From assembly GCA_001724265.1 (NCBI GenBank), contig MEDY01000227.1:1-47512 (forward strand): DNA of 47,512 nt. The letters run 5' to 3'. This document shows positions 1-12,000 of this stretch, one piece after another. The notes under the pieces were generated by a model that made no database searches, had not been told where the DNA came from, and worked only from the letters and a program-made list of their open reading frames with translations. The translations under genes were made by a program, and so were the position numbers. How positions within the stretch are numbered: the stretch's first letter is position 1; every line of letters starts with the position of its first letter. The DNA is from Rhizaria sp. SCN 62-66. Its lineage: Eukaryota.

Positions 1-3000
1 GCGGCCGAGGCGGCGGCTGCGGCGGCGGAAGCTAGCGCGGGCAAGGCGGCGCCTGCGGCAACGGCGGCCTCGCTTCCTTCTGCTAACGCCGCCAACTCCA
101 GCTCCTCGTCGTCTAGTTCCAGCTCCAAGTCAACCGGAGGAGCGGGTAGCTCAAGCTCCAAGACGGGTGAGAGCGAGTCCGCCGCTGCGGCGGCGACGAC
201 CGCGGCGGCGACGCAGCAGTTGCCCGCTCTGAGCCCCGCGCTTCTCTCGGACCCGCAGTCGCTACAGCTGATCGTGGCGCACCCCGGCGTGCACACCTTC
301 TCTAGTCTATGGCCCAGCTTCGTCAACTACAGCGAAGTGCGCGTCAGCAACGCGCGCAGGCTGGCCGCGGCCGAGGCGGCGGCCAAGGCGGCGACCAGGG
401 CTAAAGCTGCGGCGGCCAAAGCGGCTGCCGCTGCCACTGCCGCTGCCTCTGCCGCTGCGGCCGCCGAGGCCGAGGCTGAGGCTGAGGATGAGGCAAAGGC
501 TGATGCTGAGATTGAGGTTGCCCCAGTTGCTCCTCAAACGAATGCCAGTTCTAGTACTAGTTCTCGCACAAGCAGTTTCAGCTCTTCTGCTACTGCACTT
601 GCTTCAAGTGATCATGCCCCTGCGAGTGCGAGTATCGCCGCCGCGTCTATCCCCGCTGCTGCGAAGCCTACGGGTCAGACGGCTGGGCCGGCGCCGTTGA
701 AGCGTGCGTACCGAAAGCGCAACACAAACAAGAGCACATACGCTAACGCCGTTGTCGCTGGATCTGCTCCAGCTGCGAGAATTGTTGAGCTAGACAATGC
801 GGCGGCCGCTCTTGCGAACGCGATGCCTGCTTCCAGTTCCAGTTTGAGCACCGCAACTGCTGCTGCTACTGCTGCTGCTGCTGCTGCCGCGAACGCCAAG
901 ACTAAGAGTGCAAAGACGAAGACGACCCCAGCTTCTCAGACTGGTGACGGCTCCCGCGAAAGCAAGGCAGCCGCCGCCTCTGCTGCAGCTTCCGCCGCAG
1001 CCGCAGCCGCCGCGTCCGCCGCCTCTGCCGCTGCCTCTGCCGCCGCGGCCGCCGCCGCTGTGGGCGTCAACGACGGCGACTGGTCTCTGCTCTACCCGCC
1101 GCCCTACCTCCCCACTAACGTCACCCACGGCAGTAACAACAGCGCCGTCGGCGCGAGCGGCGTGGTGGGGACCGTTGCGCGCACCCGCACGCACACGCGG
1201 TTCCCGCCCTTCTCCGCGGGGCCCGTTCTCACGTGGTCTGGCTGCCGCACCTGCCGCTGTCTGCTCGCGCCGTACCGCCTGGTCTCGGCCGACACGCTTG
1301 CTATGTCGTTCGCCCGGTTCGTCGAGCTCATTTCGCTCAACACGACCGCCACGGCCCGAGCGCCTCCCCACGGCGCCAACAGCAGCAACAACAATAACCG
1401 TACCGGCTCTAGCACCACTGGAAACAGCAGCAGCTCCGGTGCCACCGGTCTCGGTGGTTTCGGCGACGGTAACGCCGACGAGGACGCGCTCACCGACAGC
1501 ACGAACGGCGACAACTCTAATAATAACAACAACAGCAGTAGCAGCAGCGGCGGCGGCAACAGCGGCAACACAGGCAGCGGCTCCATGTGTCGCTGCGCCC
1601 ACCGCGCCGCGGCCGGCGCCGGCGTCTTGGGCTCCCACGCCCGCGCGCCCCGCGGCGGCAGTCTGCTGGCGCGCTACTTCGCGCGCGGCGACGTCGTCGT
1701 CACGTTTGAGTTCCAGCCCATGGCGCCTCTGGCGCTCGCGGCGGGCCACCACGGGCTGCCCCCGCGCGCGCCGCCGCTGCGGCCGCTCAGGCCGCTGCCC
1801 TTCACGCTCCCGCCGCGCGTGCTCGCCATCGCGAGGGCTTTTGCGGCCGAGGGCGGGGCTGCGGCATTCGCGCGCAATAGCAATTCTCTTGTACTGCTGA
1901 GCAGCAATACCCGCGCCGGCGCTGATGCCGATTACAAGATCAGCGATACAGCTGTCACCAGTCCTGTTTCTGCTATGACTGCAAGCAAGAGTAGTATCGG
2001 TATCGATGCCGTTGCCCTGGGCTCTGCAGCTGCCGCAATTGCCGCTGCCACAGCCTCGGCCTCCGCCGCCGCCACGGGTCCCGATGCGTGTACCCTGCTG
2101 CTCGACCTCTCATTTCTCCACGACGCCATCTTCGCCTCGACGTCAGCCGCGCTCGCCCGCGTCGCCGCTTTGCTCACGGTCACTTCCTCGGCTGCCACCG
2201 CTGCCGCTGCCGCCACGGCCGCCGCCGCGACTGCGTCCGCCGCAGTGAACGCGCTGTCCGCAGCTGCGGCCGCGCAGGGGGGCTTGACTGGAGCTGAGGC
2301 TTGGAATGAGACTGGAACTCCGACCGTGCCCGGGGCTGAGGCGGGCCGTCTGTACAGTGGGAGCAACTTCAACACTGTTGGCAGTCGCGGTAGCGGCCGC
2401 GGTATCGGCAGCAACGGCGGCGTGAGGGCCGCTACTGGCACTGCTGTTGCTGCAACTGGTGGTGGCAGTCGCGCTCGCATTCACCACAGTCACCACGGCC
2501 ACGGCCACGGCCACAGGCACAGCGTCGATCACTCTGTCGGTCCTGCCGAGACTGGAGCTACGGATGAGACGACTGTCGGCCTGTCGGCTTTCCTGGGCTC
2601 GAGTCGCTCACACACGCCCAGTCCCCAGTCGAGCCCGCACTCGAGCGCGCAGTCGAGTCCCCAGTTGAGCCCTCGCTCGAGTCCCCGCTCGAGCGCCAAG
2701 TCGAGCGCCCACTCCAGCCGCAGCTCGAGCCGCCGGTCGAGTCCCAACAAGCTTACTCCCCAGTCCAGCATTAGCACCGACAACGCTAAGTCTGACGAGA
2801 ATAGCACTGAATCTAACACGGACGTCAATGCCAGTCACACTGCCGACTCGAGCCGCAGCCAGAGCCACAGCCGCAATTGCGGCCGTGGCCACAAGACTCA
2901 GCCCGTCCGCGGCCTCAGTCCCGTCGCTTCCGCCTACCACGACGCCCCAACTAGTGACGCAGGCGCAGAGTCAACCGCAACCCCCTATGCTCTTGTCACC

Positions 3001-6000
3001 CCGAGCACTGCGCCCGTGTCTCTGCCCGCGCCTGCCCCTATGTCCGCACTCGGCCCCACCACGCCTGTCACTACGGTGCTCGCCGCGACTCCCAGCGCGG
3101 TGGCTGCGAGCAGCCCGACCGTGAACGCGATCTCGGCCTTGGTGCCCCCGCTGACGGCGCTCAACTCGCTAGTCGCCACCGAAGCCGCGCTGTGCCGTAG
3201 CGCGCTGGCGCAGCTCGCCACCGACATCCTCCTTGAGCGCGCCGTGTTCGCCGCGTCGTTCGACCTGCTCGGCGTCGGCACCGCTGTCCACACCCCTGCC
3301 GTCGCCGCGACCGCCGCTGCCGCCGCTGCCGCCGCTGCCGCCGCCGCGACCGCTGCCACCGCCGCCGACGCGAACTCGAAGGGCTGCGCTGCGCTGGGTG
3401 AGGCTGAGGTTGCCGCCATCGCCGCCGCCGCCGCTGCCTCCGCCGCCGTGGCCGCAGCCCGCCTGCCGCGCCCACCGGCCGCTCTCGAGAGCGTACTGGA
3501 GGCCGCCGGCGTCACGGGCGTGGCGTCCCTCCTGGCGCTGACTGACCCCGACGCGGTGCTGTCGATCGCCGACCCTGTTCTGTCTGCGCCCGCCAACGCC
3601 AAGGATTCCCAGTCACATAATAGCAGGGCGACCGCGACAGACTCCGCCTCGCTTGCGGCTTCTCTCCTGCCGCGCCCGCGCCTGTCCGCGTCCCCGTTCG
3701 CGGTGTTCGCGCTGCAGTCCCGCTTTGCGCGCTCCGTGGGCCACTGGAACCAGCTTCTGGTCTCGCTGCGCGAGCGTGCTTTGCGTGTGTCGCGTGAAGC
3801 GACCCGCTTAGCGGCGATGACGGCGCGGCAGCAGATGCAGCTGCGCAAGCCTCTCAGTGCTGCAAGCCAAAACTCCGGTAACCCGAGTGCGTATAGCAAT
3901 GCGTTCAGCACGATTGTCAACAATTCATACCACAGCAACACCAACGGGAGTCGCACTAGCTTTATGAGTCGTTTTGGTCGTCGTAACAATGCAAACGGCT
4001 CTGACGCTGGCTTCAGTGAAGCAGATGCAGAGCCGGTGCCCCTTGACTCTAACACCGCCGCTACTGCGGCTGCTGTTGCTGCGAGTGCGACTGTAAGTCG
4101 GGTCGCTAGCCCCCAGCAGTCCCCTGCGAACTCTGCTCTTTCCCCTCCAAGCGGCGTTCTTTCCCCCGATGGCGACCTAACTTCTCCCAGTGCGCAGCTC
4201 TACCCCCCGGTCTCAGAGCTGCGCCTCAAGGCCCTGTCCACCGCGCCCTCGTCCTTCGCAGCCTCAGCTGCCGCGACCGCTGCGTCCACGCCGGTCATGG
4301 CCACAGTGCCAGAGGCGGACGCAGAGCCTGCCGGGACCCGTGAGACTGCGAATAAACAGAAGGCTACCCGCGTGTCCCGCGCACGTGATTCGGTTGTCTC
4401 TGTCGCCTCCGCCGCTGCCGCTGCAGCCGCCGCCGCTGCTGCCGCCGCCGCATCTTTACCGGGGAACATCATCCACACGATCTTGCACGAGAACTCGCCC
4501 CAACTTTCCGCGTCCATTCCGCCCTCGCTCCTCCCCGTCCCTCTCTATGGCGCTGGCACTGGCTCTGGCGCACTTGCGAACACCCTCCCCAGCCACAGCC
4601 CCGGCGCTGACTCCCCCGCGACCGCCGTCTCGGTCGTCGACGAGAGAGTCGCCGTGACGGCCGCGATCGTGGCTTCCCTCAAAGCGACCGCGGCGGCCAA
4701 CAGCCTGCAGGCACTGGCCCGCTTGGCGGCCGCAGTGACAGTGAGTGACCTCCTGCGCCTCGCCCCTGCCACGCCACTTACGCTGCTCGCCTCGCTACCG
4801 CTGCCCGCCGACGCCGCCTCAGTCGCGGCGGCCGCTGCGGCCGTGGCGGCGGCGGCCGCGCTGCCTGGCTTCCTCGTCGCGCCCCCCGCCACGCAGGCGG
4901 CCGCGGCTGCGGGGCTGGCGCCCGGGGCGGGCGTCGGCGTGGGCGCGATGATGCGCGGCGTGGTGCCGCTCTCGGCGCGCAAGGCAATGCTGGCGGCTCA
5001 GTCTGCCAAAAACGCCGACGGTGCTGCCGGAGCAGCGAGTGCGCGTGCGGGTGTGGCGGCCGAGCTGGAGACCGAGACTGAGACGGAAACCGAGGCTGTA
5101 ATCGACGTCGACACGGACGCACTGCGCACGAGCACCGCCCCTTCTAACGACAGTAGTGCCAGCAACAGCTTCAACGCGGCTGGCGTCGTTCACAAGAAGA
5201 AGCTGCGCCCCCGTGTCCTGACGAACCCCAACGCCGGTGCGGACACAGGTATCAGCATTAGTCCGGTCAAGTTGAGTTCCCGCGTTGACCTGGCGAGCGC
5301 CGTGCTCTCCGCGAGTGAACACGAGAGCGGGAGTGACAGTGAGTATGTCAGTGACCTTGAGAGCGACGACACGAGGCGCAAGGCAGACAGCCGTTCGTCT
5401 AACAACATTGCCGCTCTTACAAACAGCAGCGCTGCTAACGCCACTTCGCCTCTCCGCCTTGGCCCGAGCTCTGTCTACTCTGCTTCGCCGTCAGCCACTG
5501 CACCTGCCTCCTCTTCAGCCGCATCAGCCGCCGCCATCGCCGCCGCCGCCGCCGCCGCTGCTGCGGCCGCTGCCGTCGCCGCCGCCGCCGCCCCGCCCTC
5601 CGCAGCCGCCTCCGCGGCCATCGCGGCCCTCACGGCCACGGTGCACTCGCTCCACCAGCGCTACCGCGTGACCTTCCTCTTTGCCGGCGCCCCTCTTGCC
5701 GCCTCCACCACGTCCCCCGCCCCCGTCCCCGTCTCTCCCTTCGCTGTAACTCGCGCTGGCGCTGGCTCTGGCTCTGGCTCCGGCGCTGGCGATAGCCATG
5801 GCGACGGCTCGGTGTTCGCGCACGCGGCGTCGTCCCCCGCGACGTACCCCTTGCTGCCGCTGCGCACGAGCACCGTGGCCACGACCGGCGGCGGGCTCCT
5901 CTCGGGCGCCCTCGCCGCGCTGACGGGCTCCGCCGCCGCGGCCGCCGCGGGCCGGCCCCGCACCGACGTCGCCGAGTTCGACTGGCACCTCGCCGCGGGC

Positions 6001-9000
6001 CCGCTGCTGGCCTTCGCGCTGGCGCACCGCGCACATACAGCGGCCGTCGCCGCCGCGCAGGCCCCCTTCAGCGCCGCCGTCGCGCGGGCCGCGCAGGGCA
6101 CCGCGGCCGCCGTAGTCACTGTTAGGGTGCTCAGGGCCGCGGTCGCCGTGGCGCTGGAGAAGGCCGTCAATGCGCAGAACATTGCGCTCGCCAACGCCAA
6201 CGCCAACGCCAGCGCTGCTGCTGCTGCTGCTGCTGCTGCGGCTACGAGTGCGATGAGTGCGAGTGCCGCTGTGATGCCTTTGGTTACTCTTACTGAAGGC
6301 AACGAGGAGCAGTCTGGTAACAGCAACAACAACAGTCCTACGAATACCGATGCTGACAGTCAGAACGCGACTCAGCAGCATCAAGGTAGCAGCAGCAACA
6401 CTTTTGGCAGCAACAAGAGCAACGCTAATAAGGGCAGAAGCAAGAGCAAGAGCGTGAGTGTCAATGGCAAGAGCAACAATACTACAGCCAGCACAACTGC
6501 CAGTCCCCGTTCTGCCGCTGCCGCATCTGGTGCCGGTACCAGCGGTGCGAAGGTTGGTCCTGCACTGACCCGTGAGAGTGTGCTTGCGGCTTCGTTTGAC
6601 CTCTGGCTGTCCCTTGCCAAGCCTCCTTCTGTCAGCAGCAACAATAAGACACAGCCGACGATCGAGGCTGCTGTTGCAGCTCTCTTGCAAGAGTGTTCTA
6701 TCGGCGCGCTGACTTCGACCAACTCCAGCAACGCTACCACATGCGAGAAGTGCAACAACACGAACAGTAGCAGCGCCAACACTGCCGTTGCCGCTGCATA
6801 CTCCCGTGCTTGTGACTGCGCTAGCGCTCATGTCACTGCGAGTGCCGGTGCTGGCGCTGGCGCCGAGTGTTTCGAGGCCATTGCCGTGCCGGTGCTTGAG
6901 CGCTGGCTGTCGGCCGCCGTCGCAGCGCATACCGCCGCAGTCTCGCAGCTCCAGGCTCTCTACGCGTCGCGCAGCAGCAGCCTTAGCGCCACCGCGGAGA
7001 CAGCGGGCGAGAGCGAGCCCATCCACACCCCGTTGACTCTGCTCGCCACGGCCCTCATTGCCGCCTCTTCCGCCGCGACCGCCGCCGCCGCCTCGGCCGC
7101 CACCACGCACTCTGCGTCGCCCGCAGCGAGGATGGTGGCGCTCTCCGTCGCCGTGTCTCCGCCCGCCTCGGACGCCGCGGCGCCCGGTCTGGACCTCGCG
7201 CCCGCCGCGGCGGCCTCTGCGCTGAGCCCGGCCTGGGCGCGGCAGTGGAACACCCAGGTGCACGCAGTGGTCGAGGCGAGGCTCTTTGCAGCCGCCGCTG
7301 CCGCTGACGCCACAGCTGCCGCTGCAGCCACATCCACTGCTGCAGACTCCGACGCCACGAGCTCTCCGACGGCGACTGCTGTTGACTGGGCGAGGGACGC
7401 GAACGACGATGAGCACACGCCAATCGCCACCCCGTCCTCTAGCTCCAGCGCCAGCGCCAGCGCCAGTCGGAACTCGAGCCTGGAGGGCCGTCGCCGCGAG
7501 GTGCTGGCCCTTGCCCTGCGCACTCTCTCGGCGCCCGCGACCGAGGCCCTGCGCGCGCCCCTGCTCTCGCGCGCCGAGACGCGCCGTTTCGCCACCGTCG
7601 TCGCGCACAGCGCAGACAACTACGCACACGGGACGCCCCACGAGCAGCTGCAGCAGCAGCAGCAGCAGCAGCAGTACCAGTACGATGCGCAGCTGGCGAG
7701 CTCTTCCGCCGCCGCCGCCGCCTCCGGGTCTGGCTCTGTCTCGAGCGCAGCGAACCGCGGCAGCGCTCCCAACCTCGGCGGCATCGGCAGTGCGATGGCG
7801 CGCGCCGTCAGCGCCGCCAACGCCGCGTGCTACAGCGCTGCCAGCGCCGTCGCTGCGGGGATCTTGTCCACCAAGCTCGCTGCGGTCGTCACTGCAGCCG
7901 GTGCCGCCGCGACCGCCAGGTCGCCCGCGCCCGCCGCAGCCACTGCCGCTAAACTGGCTTCTGCTGATGCTAAGAGTTCCAAATCAAGCTCTGACATTGC
8001 GCACGCTTCGACTCAGTCGAGTGGCTCTGTAGTGCTTGTCGCCGGTGTCTTAGGGCAGCCTTGCACTGCCACGGCAGCGCCGCAGAGGACCGACGCTCCT
8101 GCCACCGCCACCGCAGTCGCTCCCGTCTTCGTGCCCGGGGCCGCTGTCGCCGTGGCCGGGGCGGTCGAGGTGGTGCGGACGCTGCGCATGGGCGTCCACT
8201 GCCACGCCCAGAGCCTCGTGGCTGCGCCCGCCGCTGCCGGCACGGGCTCGGTCTCGCTCCCTGCCGCTTCTGCGCCTGCTTCTCGCTCGGGCGCTTGCTA
8301 CAGCCTCAACGGTACGCCGACTGCTGCTGGTTCGAGCAGTGCAGCGAGCGCGTCTGATGCGGACTCTGCGCCTTTCATGCCTGGCGTGGGCAACGTGCTC
8401 ATCGTACCCCCTCAGTCGCTGGCGCCGCCGCAACTGCAGATCAGCTCAGCGCCCTTTTCGGCCGCGACCGCTGCCGCCGCCAGCGCCGCCGCGGCCGCCT
8501 CCGCCGCCGCAGTGACCGCCGCGAGAGTGTCGTCGTCATCCTCGTCGGCGCTGCTGCTGCACTTGCCGGACCCGCGCCACATGCTCGCGCTGCCCACCTG
8601 CGACTGGGCCGACCCCGCGTCCAGCGCCCTCTCGCACGCGCACGCGGCCGGCGGCGTCCAGGCCACGCTCACCGCCACGGCGGCGGCAGTCGCTGCGGCT
8701 GCGGCGGCCGCTGCCGCGGCTGGGTCGGCGAGCACGGCGGCCGCGGCTGCTGCGGCCGCTGCTGCTGCTGAGCTGTTAATCGCTGAGAGCGCGTCTAGCA
8801 AGAGCACCAACGGCGTTGTTTACTCTATGACAGGCGCGGCGACTGATATGGGTGATTCTACTGGCGACGGTAGCGATTTCGCGCTCCCGACCAGGACCCG
8901 CGGGGTCACAGTGTTTCCCGCAGCCGCCGTTGGCCCAGGACAGCTCCGCCCCTCGTTGCCGTCGCTGCCCCCGCCTTTGTCGGCCTCAATCAACGTCACG

Positions 9001-12000
9001 ACGCTTCCTTTCCCGAGTTCGACCACCGTTAACAATAACAACAACAGCAGCAGCAGTAGCAGCGGCAACAGCAGCAACGTCGAGACCGCCGCCTCAGCGC
9101 AGCAAAAGGCCGCCGCGGCCGCCGCGGCCGCCGGGGCGGGCGCTGGCTCCGGCGGCGGCGGCGGCGACGGGGACGACGCGGTCACTGAGGAGACTGAGCA
9201 CACCGTGCCGTGCCTGCGCATCTTCTTCGACGACACGCCGCAGCCGCCCGCGTACGCGCCCACGCTGCCCTTGGCGGCGGCGCCCGTGCACCACCACCAC
9301 GCAGCCACCCGCAGCCCGATCTACTCGCACAGCAGCAACGTCAACAACCCCCACACTGGCAGCTCTAGCTCTTGTGCGTGTGCGAGTGTCGGTGGAGATA
9401 AGACGCGGCGGCGCGGCGCTGCGGAGCTGGCCCTGCTGACCGCCCTGCGGTTGGATGCGTCAGGCGAGCCCCGCTCTCTGGACGAACTCATCGCTTCCGC
9501 CGCCGCGCGCGCCGGCGCCGCTGCCGCCGCTGCTGTCGGAGACATCAACGCTACTCTTTCTGCGAGCGGCAAGAGCAACAGCGCGGGCAAGCGGCACGCT
9601 CGCAGCGCCAATGCCGGTCGCAAGAGCGCCGCGAGCGACATTGCTGCCTCTGCTGCTGCCGCCGCCGCTGCTGCTGCTGCTACTAATGAGTCTGCGACTG
9701 AGAGCGGCAGTGGTATTGACAGCGAGGGCGACGATGCGTCGAAGAGTAACAGCGCCCCGATGAGCGAAAACGAGGACGATGATGATGACGCCAACAAGAG
9801 CGACGCTTCGGCGGTCAGCACCAGCAACGTTGCGGCTGCGAACACGAAGACTGCCAACCCTGGGAGTCCCACTGTCGCCCCGATTGCTCTGAATAAGTCT
9901 CCCACTTTGCTGTCGTCTGCTTTGCTCCGGCTCGATTCCGCAGTTGGCCAAACTGGTCGCGCTTCCTCCACAACCACGGCTGCTGCTGGATCTGGCGCTC
10001 AAGACGCCACTGCGCAACAGCAGCAACAACAACAGCAGAGGGATGCCGAGAAGCAGCTGCAACAGCAACAACAGCAGCAGCAACAGCAGCAGCGCCAGCG
10101 CGCGCTGCCCTCGGTGGTGTCGACCGAGCGCACGACCTTCTCCGTCTCGGTCTACTACCCCGCCGAGTTCGCCGCCCTCCGCGCCCTTTACTGTTCTTAC
10201 TCCGGCGCGCCCAGCAGTCCCTCTAGCAACACTGGCACTGGTGCTGGACAGCAGCGAGACGAGGACGAGGACGCGTTTGCGCAGACCTCAGGCGACGCCG
10301 ACGTCATCGAGTCCCTCGCGGACACGGCGAGCTTCATGGCACAAGGTGGCCGCTCGGGCGCCGGATTTGCCCGCTCCAAGGACGGTCGCTACGTGCTCAA
10401 GTTCGTCTCCCAGCTCGAGATGGGCATGTTCCTTAAGAACGCGCCCGCCTTCTTCGCGTATATGCACCGGTCGATGGCGCACGACGTGCCGTCCCTGCTG
10501 GTCAAGACGCTCGGCGCCTACGCCGTGACCGTGGGCTCGACCGCCAGCCGGTGGAAGCCCGTCCCCGCCTCGGCCGCGGCCACGGCCACGGGCGCGGGCG
10601 CGGTCTACGGCTCTGGCTTTGCTAACGGTAGTCACGGCGGCTTTGTCTCGAATGCAGCCGCAGCCGCCGCGACCTCCGCCGCCGCCGCCGCCGCCGCCGC
10701 TGCGGGCGCCGCGGCCGCACTGACCCCCGCGCCCGTGCCCCCCACCCTCGCCACCACCACGGGCTCCGCGAGCTCCAACCACTCAGCCCCCGCGGGTGCC
10801 GCCGCGGGAGCGCAGTGGTCGCTGATCTCATCCTCGACGACCGTGAGCCAGGTGCAGTACATTCTGCTGATGCCGAACCTCTTCTACCGCCGTTCCGTGA
10901 AGCAGGTCTTCGACCTCAAGGGCAGCACGCAGAACCGCTACCTCAAAGTCAAGCCGCTGCCGCCGCTCGCGCCGAACCAAAATAACACCGCTAACAACAA
11001 CAACATCAGTAGCAGCAGCGGCACTGGTTCTGGCGCTGGCAATGGTGCGAGCGGGAGTAGCAGCAGCAGCAGTGCGAGCGCGAATGCAAATGCGAGCGCG
11101 GGCGCGGGGGGCATGGTACTGTCTGTACCTGTGGCCAGTTTAGCCTCCCCCATCGCGCTGGCACCGGGCGCGGCCAGTCCGTTGCTCCTGTCGTCGAGTT
11201 CCAGCTCCACTGCGAACAGCAGCGGCAGCAGCAATCCTAACATCGGCAGTCTGAGCATGACTAACAGTAACGTTGCTTCTGGCGCAATCTCTCTCCCTGT
11301 CCTCTCCACGGGAGCCTCCGTCCCCGCCCCCGCCCCCGCCGCCTCCGCCGCGGCCGCCGCGGCCGCCGCCGTGCTGGAGACCCCTGAGGGCGCTGCGGCC
11401 GCGGTGCCGGCGCATTGGCCGCTGCCGCCGCCTTCGGAGCCCCCCGTGACCCTGCTGGACACGAACCTGCTGGAGGCCACGGGTGGCATGCCGCTGCCGC
11501 TGGACGAGTCCTCGCGCACGGTGCTGCGTGCGGCCGTGCACAACGACTCGGCGTTCCTGTCCGCGCTCAACATCGTCGACTACTCGCTGCTGGCCGGCAT
11601 CGACGCCGGCTCCGGCGAGCTGGTCGCGGGCGTTATCGACTACGTGCGCCAGTACACGTGGGACAAGTCGATCGAGACGGGCGTCAAGTTTGTCGTCAAC
11701 CTGGGCAAGGCGCCCACCATCGTGCCGCCCGCGGCGTACCGCGCGCGCTTCCGCACGGCCCTCGCGCGCGTCTTTGCCGTCGCCCCCGGCTCGGGTGCCA
11801 CGCTGCTCCCGGGGCTCGGCGCCGGCGCCACCGCCCTCGTCGGCGCTGGTGCTGCGGGAGCTGCTGCAGTGGCGGGCGGCAGCGGCGGCGGGGGCGGGTT
11901 GGTGCCGGACTTGGACTCGTTTTTGCCCACGTTCGACCCCGTGGCCTTCCTGACCAACGGCTCCGCGGTCGCCGCCGCCGCCGTCACCGCCGCCGCCGCA

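Noticed and set aside
2608-2745. Regularly spaced TCGAG repeats that look array-like
   Set aside because: They encode the in-frame tetrapeptide repeat SS(P/A)x within PIKfyve. There are no unique spacers, so this is not a CRISPR or other non-coding array.
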